64,000 nucleotides of DNA, taken from NCBI GenBank assembly GCA_003142475.1, contig PLMK01000042.1, positions 131,586 through 195,585 on the forward strand, in the 5' to 3' direction. The position numbers were made by a program, and so were the translations under genes. The DNA is from Ignavibacteriota bacterium (GTDB taxonomy: Bacteria; Bacteroidota; Ignavibacteria; UBA10030). Under the pieces are notes generated by a model that was not told the origin of the DNA, made no database searches, and was given only the letters and a program-made list of their open reading frames with translations. Shown in pieces: positions 49,494 through 60,046 of the stretch (position 1 is its first letter; each line of letters opens with the position of its first letter).

Positions 49494-49532
49494 CCATTAG
49501 TTACTTAGTTGGAGAAATCAATCGGACAATAA

Positions 49533-50546
49533 ATGTTCAAGATTTTTTCTGCTATAAATAAAACAATGATGAATCCGCTTCGAACAATACTCATTCTACT
49601 TGTCTTCATCGCTTCCTGTATGACCGAAGGATATTCTCAATCCGCAGATTCCAGCAAGTCGGCAAAAAGGATCTCCGTTACAATTGACGATCTTCCGTTA
49701 AATATTGCACTACGTGTATCGACCGAAGAGATGAAATCGATTGTAGAAAAGCTTATTTCAAAAATCAGAACCGAAGGTATCCCGGTAGTTGGTTTTGTGA
49801 ATGAAAACAAACTCGAGGTTAACGGTAAACTTGACTTGCAGCGTGTGAATATTTTAAAAACCTGGCTCGACTCAGGTATAGAGTTGGGAAATCATACCTA
49901 TTCACATAAAAGTGCAAACGGTGTACCAGTCAGCGAATATGAACAGGATATTATACAGGGTGAAAGAACCATTAAGAACTTGATGGCCGATAGAGGAATG
50001 AACCTTCGCTATTTTCGTCATCCATTTCTCATGACGGGCAGAAGTATCGAAGTAACCAATGAAATTGCGGAATTTCTTCACCAACATAATTATACAATTG
50101 CTCCTGTCACAATAGATAATTCCGAATGGATATTCTCGGTTGCCTTTGACAAAGCAAAGAGAATCAATGATACAACGTTGATGAAAAGGATCGGTCAAGA
50201 GTACATCGGATATATGAAATCAAAGATTCAATATTTTGAACACCAATCCGACAAGCTTTTCATGCGGCAGATTAATCAAATTCTGTTAATTCATTCCAAT
50301 CGATTGAATTCGGAATACTTCAATATTTTATGCACCATGATCAAAGATCAAGGCTATCGTTTTATCACACTTGACGAAGCACTCAAAGACCCTGCCTATT
50401 CATCGAGCGACACATATACAGGAAAAGGTGGAATTTCATGGCTTGACCGCTGGGCAATCACTCAAAGCAAGACGAAAGAATTTTTTGCCGATGAACCGAG
50501 AACTCCGTTATATATTATGCAACTTGCAAATGTAGATAGTGAGTAG
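49533..50546 (+). CDS. Exported polysaccharide deacetylase
   Basis: TIDDLP, GNHTYSH and YFRHPF motifs. Confidence 0.88.
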   Translation: MFKIFSAINKTMMNPLRTILILLVFIASCMTEGYSQSADSSKSAKRISVTIDDLPLNIALRVSTEEMKSIVEKLISKIRTEGIPVVGFVNENKLEVNGKLDLQRVNILKTWLDSGIELGNHTYSHKSANGVPVSEYEQDIIQGERTIKNLMADRGMNLRYFRHPFLMTGRSIEVTNEIAEFLHQHNYTIAPVTIDNSEWIFSVAFDKAKRINDTTLMKRIGQEYIGYMKSKIQYFEHQSDKLFMRQINQILLIHSNRLNSEYFNILCTMIKDQGYRFITLDEALKDPAYSSSDTYTGKGGISWLDRWAITQSKTKEFFADEPRTPLYIMQLANVDSE

Positions 50547-50552
50547 AAACGG

Positions 50553-50786
50553 GTGCAGCAGAATTTAATAATGGACTGTAGGAAAAAAATATCTTCCCGA
50601 GAATCGACGCTCATCAAGAAGCAAAGGAAGGATGATCCTCCTCAATTCTGCGACTTTTCTTGCAGGCACGCGGAATTTGCCCAGCCCGATGCAATTGGCG
50701 CATGCAGAAAAGAACTTGCTGTATTTTGTACATTATATAAAAGACACAACAATAAAAACTCCCCTTGTATCGAAAAGAAGAAATGA
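50553..50786 (+). CDS. Small Cys-rich hypothetical protein
   Basis: CDFSC..GAC..FC..PC; ATGA-coupled to the next gene. Confidence 0.6.
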   Translation: MQQNLIMDCRKKISSRESTLIKKQRKDDPPQFCDFSCRHAEFAQPDAIGACRKELAVFCTLYKRHNNKNSPCIEKKK

Positions 50787-52042
50787 AAACTGCAAAACAC
50801 GTGTCCCTGCAACTTAATAGAGAATTAAACGATATTGCCGAGCCATATGTAAAGCTCGTTCTTGCCGTTGGACAGCACGATGCTGACTATGTAGATGCTT
50901 ACTACGGCCCACCAGAATGGCAGGCAGAAACAAAAGCTGAAAAACAATCGTTAGACACGATACTGCAAACAGCGCTTCCTCTAAAAACTAAATTAGACAA
51001 ACTCCGCAGCAAGCAGAACGAAGAAATTTTACAGCTTCGCCATCAATACTTGAAGAAACAAATCTCGTCGCTCATTGCCCGCGTTGAAGTATTAGGCGGG
51101 AAGAAACTTTCATTCGATGAAGAAGCAAAGGCATATTATGATGTTGAACCACCGGTGTTTGCGGAAGAGCATTTCAAAAAACTTGTTGCAGAATTGGAAA
51201 CGATTGTACCGGGCAAGGGACCAATTCCCGAACGCATCGAAAATTTTCGCGAACAATTTACTATTACTCCGGACAAGTTAGATAAAGTATTTAGTGCCGC
51301 AATTTTCGAATGCCGTCAACGCGCAAAGAAGCACATCATCCTGCCGGAGAATGAAACATTCCGGTTGGAATACGTGCATAACAAAGCGTGGAGCGGCTAT
51401 AATTGGTATAAAGGGAATAACGAAAGTCTCATTCAGATTAACACAGACTTGCCGATTTTTATGGAACGCGCCATTGATCTTGCCGCACACGAAGGATATC
51501 CGGGGCATCATGTGTACAATTGTTTATTAGAGACAGCATTTGCACGTAAATTTGGATGGGTGGAGTTCACTGTATATCCTCTCTTCAGCTCGCAGTCGTT
51601 GATAGCAGAAGGGACCGCCAATTTTGGTATTGAAGTTGCGTTCCCGGGAAAAGAACGAATGGAATTTGAACGCGAGAGACTCTTCCCGCTTGCGGGGTTA
51701 GATAAAAGTCAGGCGGAAAAATATTCCAGGGTTCAGGAGCTTGCCGCAAAACTCAGTTATGCCGGCAACGAAGCCGCTCGAAAGTATCTCAACGGAGAAA
51801 TCTCGCGCGATGAGGCCGCTCAATGGCTCGTTCAATATGCTCTTATGTCGCCGGAACGCGCGCAGCAGCGCACACGTTTTTTCGATCAGTACCGCAGTTA
51901 CGTCATCAACTACAATCTCGGTTTGGATTTAGTACGGCAATACATCGAACGACGCGGCGGAACGGAAGACAAACCGGAAAAACGCTGGGAAGAATTCACT
52001 CGCCTCCTTGCATCACCTCGTTTGCCTTCGGGATTACTTTAG
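50783..52042 (+). CDS. DUF885-like putative Zn metallopeptidase, copy 1
   Basis: HEGYPGHH and AEG motifs; track start 50765. Confidence 0.75.
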   Translation: MKTAKHVSLQLNRELNDIAEPYVKLVLAVGQHDADYVDAYYGPPEWQAETKAEKQSLDTILQTALPLKTKLDKLRSKQNEEILQLRHQYLKKQISSLIARVEVLGGKKLSFDEEAKAYYDVEPPVFAEEHFKKLVAELETIVPGKGPIPERIENFREQFTITPDKLDKVFSAAIFECRQRAKKHIILPENETFRLEYVHNKAWSGYNWYKGNNESLIQINTDLPIFMERAIDLAAHEGYPGHHVYNCLLETAFARKFGWVEFTVYPLFSSQSLIAEGTANFGIEVAFPGKERMEFERERLFPLAGLDKSQAEKYSRVQELAAKLSYAGNEAARKYLNGEISRDEAAQWLVQYALMSPERAQQRTRFFDQYRSYVINYNLGLDLVRQYIERRGGTEDKPEKRWEEFTRLLASPRLPSGLL

Positions 52043-52086
52043 ATAGTTATATTACTAGGATTTTTTTATAACATTGGGAGAAGAGA

Positions 52087-53415
52087 ATGAGACCACAACG
52101 ACTATTCATTTTAACTGTGATTTTTTTCATCGTTGCAAGTATAGGGTACAGCAAGGAAATTAATAATGTAAGGTTATATCCCGACCTTAACTCAAGACTG
52201 AATCAAATTGCTAAATCATACGTTAAACTCGTTCTTGCTGTCGGACAATACGATTCTAATTACGTCGATGCTTTTTATGGTCCCAAGGAATGGCTAACGG
52301 AAGCACAATCAGCAAAGAAGTCACTTGATGCTATCAGGCAGAAGGCGCTTCCTCTTGCAGCAGAGCTGGATTCGCTCGACAGCACCCACGAAGAAGAAAT
52401 ACTACAACTGCGTCATCAGTATTTGAAGAAGCAACTTTCGTCGCTCATCGCTCGTGTTGAGACACTGGGCGGCAAGAAGCTCTCATTCGACGAAGAGGCA
52501 AAAGCATATTACGATGTCGACCCGCCGAGTTTTCCAGAAGAACATTTCAAGAAGCTTATTGCCGAATTAGACACGATAGTCCCCGGCAAGGGATCGATTT
52601 CTGAGCGTGTCGTAAACTACCGTCGACAATTCACCATTATCCCGGATAAAGTTGACACAGTTTTACGTGTTGCTATCCGAGAGTGTCGAATTCGTACAAA
52701 GAAGCACATCAAATTATCAGACGACGAAACTTACCGGCTAGAATATGTTCACAATAAATCATGGGGCGCGTACAATTGGTATAAAGGAAACAACGAAAGC
52801 CTTATTCAAATCAATACCGACATGCCGATGCCCCTTCATTCTGTGATCGACCTTGCTGCTCACGAAGGTTATCCAGGGCATCACGTATACAATAGCTTGC
52901 TTGAAACAAATTTTGCATCTAAGCGCGGCTGGGTAGAATTTACTGTTTATGCACTTTTCAGTCCACAATCGCTCATCGCCGAGGGAACCGCAAACTTCGG
53001 CATTGAAGTCGCATTCCCCGGGAAGGAGCGAATGGAATTCGAGCGCGACGCACTCTTCCCGCTTGCGGGACTGGATAAAAGTCTGGCAGAAAAATATTCG
53101 AAAGTACAGGCTCTTATTGCAAAGCTCAGTTATGCCGAAAATGAGGCCGCACGCCGGTATCTCAATGGTGAAATCTCGGGTGATGAAGCTGCACAATGGC
53201 TTGTCAATTATGCGTTGAGGAGTCCAAAGGAGGCACAGGCGTCGATACGCTTCTTTGACCAGTACCGCAGCTACGTAATCAATTACAATCTTGGGATGGA
53301 TTTAGTCCGGCAGTACATTGAACGCCGCGGCGGAACGGAAGACAATCCGGAAAAACGCTGGGAAGAATTCACGAAACTTATTTCATCGCCGCGCTTACCG
53401 TCAGGATTACTCTAA
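52087..53415 (+). CDS. DUF885-like putative Zn metallopeptidase, copy 2 (with signal peptide)
   Basis: HEGYPGHH; close paralog of 50783-52042. Confidence 0.78.
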   Translation: MRPQRLFILTVIFFIVASIGYSKEINNVRLYPDLNSRLNQIAKSYVKLVLAVGQYDSNYVDAFYGPKEWLTEAQSAKKSLDAIRQKALPLAAELDSLDSTHEEEILQLRHQYLKKQLSSLIARVETLGGKKLSFDEEAKAYYDVDPPSFPEEHFKKLIAELDTIVPGKGSISERVVNYRRQFTIIPDKVDTVLRVAIRECRIRTKKHIKLSDDETYRLEYVHNKSWGAYNWYKGNNESLIQINTDMPMPLHSVIDLAAHEGYPGHHVYNSLLETNFASKRGWVEFTVYALFSPQSLIAEGTANFGIEVAFPGKERMEFERDALFPLAGLDKSLAEKYSKVQALIAKLSYAENEAARRYLNGEISGDEAAQWLVNYALRSPKEAQASIRFFDQYRSYVINYNLGMDLVRQYIERRGGTEDNPEKRWEEFTKLISSPRLPSGLL

Positions 53416-54669
53416 ATGTCACCTGTAAAATCAAAAATACCAAAAGGAGAACGTCCGTACCTCGACCGATTATTGGATGAAGTCCGTTATCGGCTTACTA
53501 CAGTAGAAGACATCGATGTTGCGGGTCAATCCATTCCGCGCTTCGTTGGTGAATTCTGGACATCACAACAACGGCAAGCGTTGTCATTGCACGAAGTTTC
53601 TTATCGCGCCTGCTTCAAACCACAGCTTCCGCGATTCTTCATTGAATATTTAACCAATGAAGGCGACACAGTGTACGATCCCTTCAGCGGACGCGGCACC
53701 ACAGCATTAGAAGCAGGATTACTTTGCAGAAAAGTTATTGCAAACGATGCGAATCCTTTAAACACACTTCTGTGCCAACCGCGCTTCTTCCCTCCTTCAC
53801 TTGAAGAATTGATGAAACGTTTAGACAGCATTCCTATCAAAGAAAAAGCGGAAGCTGATATCGACCTTTCGATGTTCTATCATCCAAAAACAGAAGCGGA
53901 AATTGTTTCAATGAAAGAATATTTGGATGAACGTCGCGAGAGCGGCACGGAAGATAACATTGACCGATGGATTCGCATGGTCGCCACTAATCGCTTGACC
54001 GGGCATTCAAAAGGTTTTTTTTCTGTATATACATTGCCGCCGAATCAAGCAGTAAGCGCAGACAGTCAACGGAAAATCAATGTAAAGATGCAGCAGGAAC
54101 CGGAACACCGCGACACTCGCGTCATCATTTTTAAAAAGTCAAAAACGCTTCTCAGCGACGTAACAATGGTCGATCGGGAAAATCTGCAACGCGCGGGTGA
54201 AACTGCGCGCTTCCTTACCTTCGATGCGCGCGCAACAAAAGCTATAGCTGCCAATTCTGTACAGCTTACCGTCACCTCGCCTCCATTTCTTGATGTTGTT
54301 GACTATGTGCAGGACAATTGGTTAAGATGCTGGTTTAACAGTCTCGATGCATCAGATGCTGCCAAGACTATTACAATGTCGCGGTCATTAGAGGAATGGT
54401 CGGCAATAATGTTTGGTGTCTTTCGTGAACTTTATCGTATTACTAAATCTCGCGGATTTGTGGCGTTTGAGGTCGGCGAGGTGCGAAATAAGGTAATTAA
54501 GTTAGACGAACATGTTGTACCGCTCGGCATTAAAGCGGGATTTTCGTGCGTCGGCATCATTGTCAACCAACAGTACTTCACCAAGACATCTAACATCTGG
54601 GGTGTTGATAACAACGATAAAGGAACAAATTCCAACCGTATTGTAATCTTTAGAAAAGAAGCAAAATGA
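53416..54669 (+). CDS. Orphan N4/N6 DNA methyltransferase-like protein
   Basis: YDPFSGRGTT (motif I) and TSPPF (motif IV-like). Confidence 0.8.
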   Translation: MSPVKSKIPKGERPYLDRLLDEVRYRLTTVEDIDVAGQSIPRFVGEFWTSQQRQALSLHEVSYRACFKPQLPRFFIEYLTNEGDTVYDPFSGRGTTALEAGLLCRKVIANDANPLNTLLCQPRFFPPSLEELMKRLDSIPIKEKAEADIDLSMFYHPKTEAEIVSMKEYLDERRESGTEDNIDRWIRMVATNRLTGHSKGFFSVYTLPPNQAVSADSQRKINVKMQQEPEHRDTRVIIFKKSKTLLSDVTMVDRENLQRAGETARFLTFDARATKAIAANSVQLTVTSPPFLDVVDYVQDNWLRCWFNSLDASDAAKTITMSRSLEEWSAIMFGVFRELYRITKSRGFVAFEVGEVRNKVIKLDEHVVPLGIKAGFSCVGIIVNQQYFTKTSNIWGVDNNDKGTNSNRIVIFRKEAK

Positions 54670-55343
54670 GCAGACATATCATTCTCGCACTCACAACGCT
54701 ATTAGGTGTTTCTTGTTCAAGCGAACAATTTATGCTTCGAAATAATGACCGAATAATATTTTTGGGCGATTCCATTACATTGCTCGGAGTAAAACCTAAC
54801 GGATACATTTCGCTCATCAAAGATTCACTCTCAAAGAAATTCCCTTCCATCGAAATTATTGGCGCAGGTATCGGCGGAAACAAAGTACCCGATCTTCACG
54901 CAAGAATCGATGCCGATGTTATTGCCAAAAACCCGACAATCGTCGTTATCTATATCGGTATCAACGATGTGTGGCATTTTATTACACCCGGCCAGGTTGG
55001 TACATCGAAAGATGTGTATGAATCAGGATTGGAAAATATTATCGTTAAAATAAGGCAAACGGGTGCACGCGTTATTCTCTGTACTCCAACCGTCATTGGT
55101 GAGAAAAAGAATAGAGCAAATCAACTGGATGCGCAATTGGATGAATATGCAGGAATCAGTCGACGCGTTGCCCAAAAAATGAAAATAGAACTGTGCGATT
55201 TGCGAAACGCATTTGTAAGCTACCTTCAAACACATAATCCGAATAATGCCGAACAGGGTATTCTGACAGTCGATAAAGCACATTTGAATGATGAAGGTAA
55301 TCGGCTCGTTGCTCAAGAAATACTCAATGTATTAGGACAGTAA
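54666..55343 (+). CDS. SGNH/GDSL hydrolase (lipoprotein)
   Basis: GDSIT, GIND and DKAH motifs; lipobox GVSC. Confidence 0.9.
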   Translation: MSRHIILALTTLLGVSCSSEQFMLRNNDRIIFLGDSITLLGVKPNGYISLIKDSLSKKFPSIEIIGAGIGGNKVPDLHARIDADVIAKNPTIVVIYIGINDVWHFITPGQVGTSKDVYESGLENIIVKIRQTGARVILCTPTVIGEKKNRANQLDAQLDEYAGISRRVAQKMKIELCDLRNAFVSYLQTHNPNNAEQGILTVDKAHLNDEGNRLVAQEILNVLGQ

Positions 55344-55426
55344 TAAGCCATTGGTAGCGAGGAATAAACAAACTCATCGCCGAATTACTCGATCATTTTA
55401 TCATCTTTTTCTTTATATATTATAGC

Positions 55427-56278
55427 ATGAACAAAAACGAATTGCAAAGCCTTCACGTGATCATTCATCGTGCCCTCGAAGAAGATTTAGGTGATGGTGA
55501 CATCACCACGTTAAGCACAGTGCCCATGCGATCAGTATTAAAGGGAACATTTATCGCAAAAGAAGCCGGGATTATTGCCGGACTCGAAGTTGTACGTGAG
55601 ACTCTAAAATATTTGGATCCTGGGATTTCATTTTCCGCGCATGTCCACGATGGTAAACGCGTTTCCAAAGGAACTGTTCTAGCCATGGTGCGCGGCAATG
55701 GACGCGCATTGCTGGTAGCAGAACGAACAGCGCTCAATTTCTTCCAGCGAATGTCCGGTATCGCCACCACAACCCGTGCATATGTGAATGCTGTGCGCAA
55801 AACAAAAGCAATTATTGTTGATACGCGGAAAACAGCTCCCGGCTTGCGACTATTGGATAAATGGGCAGTGCGGCTCGGCGGCGGGCATAATCATCGCTTC
55901 GGCCTCTATGATATGGTACTTATTAAAGAGAACCATATAGCGGCGGCAGGTGGAATATCGCAGGCGGTTGCTCGTGTCCGTGCAACGGATAGGAAAAAAC
56001 GTGCAATCGAAGTTGAAGTACGCACTCTCAACGAATTACGCGAAACACTAGAACTAAATGTGGATAGAATATTGTTAGATAATATGAACCTCAAGCAAAT
56101 GCATGAGGCGGTTCGGATTACAGATGGAAAAACAGAATTGGAAGCATCTGGCAATGTTTCATTGGAGAACGTAGCTGCGGTTGCCGCTACAGGCGTAGAT
56201 ATCATTTCCGTCGGTAAGCTGACACACTCTGTGCGCGCATTGGATATTAGTTTTCTTATTGAACAAGTAAAAAAATGA
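55427..56278 (+). CDS. nadC: Quinolinate phosphoribosyltransferase
   Basis: DTRKT, HRFGL, KENH, LLDN and EASG motifs. Confidence 0.96.
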   Translation: MNKNELQSLHVIIHRALEEDLGDGDITTLSTVPMRSVLKGTFIAKEAGIIAGLEVVRETLKYLDPGISFSAHVHDGKRVSKGTVLAMVRGNGRALLVAERTALNFFQRMSGIATTTRAYVNAVRKTKAIIVDTRKTAPGLRLLDKWAVRLGGGHNHRFGLYDMVLIKENHIAAAGGISQAVARVRATDRKKRAIEVEVRTLNELRETLELNVDRILLDNMNLKQMHEAVRITDGKTELEASGNVSLENVAAVAATGVDIISVGKLTHSVRALDISFLIEQVKK

Positions 56279-57336
56279 ATACAATGTCAGTCGAATCAAT
56301 TTATCAAGACCTGAAAACCAAACTGCACGATGTAGTACCGGACGTTGAGCTACGTTTGAAATCGGAAATTGCATTTGAGATTAATAAATTAAAGAAAGAG
56401 CGCAACGCTGTAATTCTCGGGCACAATTATATGGAACCGGCGCTTTTTTACTCGATTCCAGATTATGTGGGAGACTCGCTGGAACTCAGCCGCATCGCCA
56501 GCAAAACAGAAAAAGATATTATCGTTTTCTGCGGTGTTCGCTTTATGGCAGAAACAGCAAAGATTTTATCTCCTCAAAAAACTGTTTTGATTCCGGCAAA
56601 GAAAGCCGGATGTTCACTTGCAGATGGGATTACAGCGGAAGATGTCCGCCAATTGAAATCTAAGTTTCCCGGTGTTCCGGTTGTAACATATGTGAATACG
56701 ACAGCAGAAGTTAAGGCAGAATCGGATATTTGCTGTACCTCAAGCAATGCTGTTGCAGTCGTCAAATCACTGAAGAGTGAGACGGTTATTTTCCTGCCGG
56801 ATGAATATCTTGCTCGCAATGTCGCACATGAAACAGGGCGGCATATTATTTTCCCAGCTCTAACCGGCGGTGATCCAGGAAACGAAACACTTCTCGATAA
56901 ACCTATCATCGGCTGGAAAGCGCGGTGCGAAGTGCACGAAAAATTCACAGTGGAAGATATTCAGAATGTACATAAGCAGTTTCCTGATGTCGTTATTCTG
57001 GCGCATCCCGAATGCAGTCCGGAAGTTGTAGCGGCATCGGATTATTCCGGCAGTACTACCCAAATGATCCGCCATGTCCAGCAGACGAATGCTCCACGCT
57101 ATCTATTACTCACGGAATGCTCCATGGGCGATAATATTATGGCTGCAAATCCTGAAAAGAATATGCTTCGTCTATGCAGCATTCGATGTCCGCATATGAA
57201 TGAAATTACGTTGGAAGATACCCTGGAAGCTCTCCGAAAAACTCAGCATGTTGTCGAAGTGCCGGAAGAAATTCGCGTGCGAGCGTATCGCGCGGTCGAA
57301 CGGATGCTGCAAATAATTCCGTCAGCGGCAGATTGA
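56275..57336 (+). CDS. nadA: Quinolinate synthase
   Basis: HNY, GDSL, GCSLA, YVNT, CEVH, HPEC and CPHM motifs. Confidence 0.96.
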   Translation: MNTMSVESIYQDLKTKLHDVVPDVELRLKSEIAFEINKLKKERNAVILGHNYMEPALFYSIPDYVGDSLELSRIASKTEKDIIVFCGVRFMAETAKILSPQKTVLIPAKKAGCSLADGITAEDVRQLKSKFPGVPVVTYVNTTAEVKAESDICCTSSNAVAVVKSLKSETVIFLPDEYLARNVAHETGRHIIFPALTGGDPGNETLLDKPIIGWKARCEVHEKFTVEDIQNVHKQFPDVVILAHPECSPEVVAASDYSGSTTQMIRHVQQTNAPRYLLLTECSMGDNIMAANPEKNMLRLCSIRCPHMNEITLEDTLEALRKTQHVVEVPEEIRVRAYRAVERMLQIIPSAAD

Positions 57337-57349
57337 AGAATCCAAACAT

Positions 57350-58939
57350 TTGAAATTAATAGACAAAATTATGCAAGAATATATTGAATGTGATGTGCTC
57401 ATTATCGGAAGCGGCGTTGCCGGATGTATTGCTGCGCTGCAGCTTGCAGATGCCGGAATCAAAGTAGTAATGGCAACACGTTCATCAAATCCAGAAGAGT
57501 CAAATACTTTCTATGCACAAGGCGGCATTGTATATGAAGGTAAAGGTGATTCACCGGAACTTCTTGCCAAAGACATACTGCATGCCGGTGCAGGTTATTG
57601 CAATCCTCAAGCGGTAGAACTTCTTGCTAAGATAGCTCCAAGACTTGTTCGGTCTCTTTTTCTAGAAAAACTTTCAATTCCTTTTGACAGAACACCTTCA
57701 GGAGAACTTTCGCTTGTATTGGAAGGCGGCCATACGATTGCGCGCATTATTCATGCGGCAGATTCCACAGGAAAATTAATTGAAACACATCTGATAAGCG
57801 CAGTAAAGTCGAACGCTAACATAACATTGCTTACCGGAAGAACAGCAGTCGATTTGTTAACACCAGCCCATCATTCAAAAAATCGTCTTTCTGTGTATGA
57901 TCCTCTTTCCTGCAACGGTGCATTTCTTCTCGATCAAGAATCGGGTCGTGTAGAGCGTGTGTTAGCGCGGGCCACCATTCTTGCTACAGGCGGATTAGGA
58001 CAAATATTTCTACGAACAACAAATCCTGCTGGAGCACGCGGCGACGGATTATCAATCGCATACCGTGCGGGAGCACGAGTAATAAATTGTGAATTCGTAC
58101 AGTTTCATCCCACTGCGTTTTATCATCCTAACGCACCGTTCTTTCTTATTTCCGAGGCCGTTCGTGGAGCAGGCGCACACTTGCTCGATGCCAAAGGCAA
58201 TCAATTTATGCAGAAATATGATCCCGAATGGAAAGATCTGGCTCCGCGGGATGTTGTAGCACGCAGTATTCATCAGGAAATGCTTACAAGCGGAAACACG
58301 AATGTATATCTTGATATAGCTTCTCATCTTCCCGCGGGCGATATCCGTGCACGCTTCCCTTCTATCTATGAAAAATGCCTTGAGTATGATGTAGATATCA
58401 CGTACGAACCTATTCCTATCGTGCCAGCAGCACATTATTTTTGTGGCGGTGTGTGGGTAGATTTATGGGGACGGACAACATTGAATCATTTATATGCAGT
58501 GGGTGAAGTTGCATGCACGGGACTCCATGGTGCCAACCGACTTGCGAGTACTTCGTTGTTGGAAGGTGTTGTATGGGGATATAGAGCCGCAGAAAATTTC
58601 CTTGACACATTGAAAGAACATCCTCAACCGGCGGCTGATGATATTCCACCGTGGCGAGAAACGGGGACAGAAATGCCCGACTCCGCACTTATCAATCAAG
58701 ATATGAGCGTCATCAAAAATATAATGTGGAATTACACCGGCTTAATCCGCACAACTGAACGTTTGCAGCGAGCCATGCGGGAATTGCGCCACCTTGAATC
58801 TGAGATTGAACGATTTTACCGTGCTGTAAAGTTAACAGATGATATCATTGGTTTGCGCAATGCCGTACGTGCCGCTATCATTGTTACAATATCCGCGTGG
58901 GAAAATACAACGAGTGTTGGCTGTCATTTTAGGCAGTAG
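57350..58939 (+). CDS. nadB: L-aspartate oxidase
   Basis: AQGGI, EGGH, QFHPT, SEAVRG, LAPRD and HGANRLAS motifs. Confidence 0.96.
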   Translation: MKLIDKIMQEYIECDVLIIGSGVAGCIAALQLADAGIKVVMATRSSNPEESNTFYAQGGIVYEGKGDSPELLAKDILHAGAGYCNPQAVELLAKIAPRLVRSLFLEKLSIPFDRTPSGELSLVLEGGHTIARIIHAADSTGKLIETHLISAVKSNANITLLTGRTAVDLLTPAHHSKNRLSVYDPLSCNGAFLLDQESGRVERVLARATILATGGLGQIFLRTTNPAGARGDGLSIAYRAGARVINCEFVQFHPTAFYHPNAPFFLISEAVRGAGAHLLDAKGNQFMQKYDPEWKDLAPRDVVARSIHQEMLTSGNTNVYLDIASHLPAGDIRARFPSIYEKCLEYDVDITYEPIPIVPAAHYFCGGVWVDLWGRTTLNHLYAVGEVACTGLHGANRLASTSLLEGVVWGYRAAENFLDTLKEHPQPAADDIPPWRETGTEMPDSALINQDMSVIKNIMWNYTGLIRTTERLQRAMRELRHLESEIERFYRAVKLTDDIIGLRNAVRAAIIVTISAWENTTSVGCHFRQ

Positions 58940-59010
58940 CACCAAGTTCCTTTTTTTAATCGCAAGTTTTCGGTATTATTCATTTACAACATCATCGAAA
59001 GGAATAAATA

Positions 59011-59973
59011 ATGTACAGACCGCAGATCACGGTCGTGGATTGCACTATCCGCGACGGCGGATTGATGAATAAATCACAGTTCACACTGGATTGCGTGCAA
59101 GCGGTCTACAAGGCCATTTGCGAATCAGGTGTTCATATTGTTGAACTCGGGTACCGGAACAGCCGGAAAATGTTCGATCCGGAAAAATACGGTGCATGGC
59201 GTTTCTGTGATGATGATATGATAAAGAAAGTCGTTGGAGACAAAAAATATCCCTACACAAAGATCGCTGTTATGATGGACGCACACAAAAGCTCCATCGA
59301 AGATCTGCTTCCAAAGGAAAAAAGTCTTGTGGATGTGGTTCGCTGTGCCACATATGTAAAAGACATTGATAAATGCATTATGATAGTCAATGATGCCGTT
59401 GCAAAAGGATACGAGACTACAATTAACATTATGTCTATTTCCACCGCACCGGAGCGTGAACTCAATGAGGCATTGCAGCAGATCAAAGAAGAAACCAAGA
59501 TCAAGGCGTGTTACATCGTAGATAGTTTTGGCAACTTATATTCTGAAGACATTGATTATTTTGTTTCCAAGTACCAAAAACTTCTGCCCGGCATTGAGGT
59601 CGGTGTTCACATGCATAACAATCAACAATTGGCATTCGCCAACACGATTGAAGGCATCATCCGCGGCGCAAATTATATGGACGGAACACTCTATGGTTTA
59701 GGCCGAGGGGCCGGAAATTGCTGTCTGGAACTTTTACTCGGCTTTCTGAAAAATCCTAAGTTTAATATGCGACCGCTTCTTGACGTTATTGGATCACATA
59801 TTATTCCCCTGCAGAAAGAAATTAATTGGGGTTATTCAGTTCCTTACATGATAACAGGAATAATGAACAGGCATCCCGAGGAAGCAATCAAGCTGATGAT
59901 GCTCCCAGAAAAAGATCCGACAAAATATAATTTCCGCACATTCTATGAAAGGATGTTGGACCCAGAGCCGTAG
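59011..59973 (+). CDS. DRE-TIM metallolyase (4-hydroxy-2-oxovalerate aldolase-like)
   Basis: DCTIRDGG, DSFG, HMHNN and GRGAGN motifs. Confidence 0.85.
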   Translation: MYRPQITVVDCTIRDGGLMNKSQFTLDCVQAVYKAICESGVHIVELGYRNSRKMFDPEKYGAWRFCDDDMIKKVVGDKKYPYTKIAVMMDAHKSSIEDLLPKEKSLVDVVRCATYVKDIDKCIMIVNDAVAKGYETTINIMSISTAPERELNEALQQIKEETKIKACYIVDSFGNLYSEDIDYFVSKYQKLLPGIEVGVHMHNNQQLAFANTIEGIIRGANYMDGTLYGLGRGAGNCCLELLLGFLKNPKFNMRPLLDVIGSHIIPLQKEINWGYSVPYMITGIMNRHPEEAIKLMMLPEKDPTKYNFRTFYERMLDPEP

Positions 59974-60046
59974 ACAAAAAGGTAAAAGATCAACACCGTT
60001 AGAATTTAGAGTGCAGAGAAATTGGAATATTCATAAAGGAGGATTT

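Noticed and set aside
59945..60046. N-terminal extension of the YidB ORF in the track
   Set aside because: Overlaps the upstream gene; family-like sequence begins at GLLD after a strong SD.
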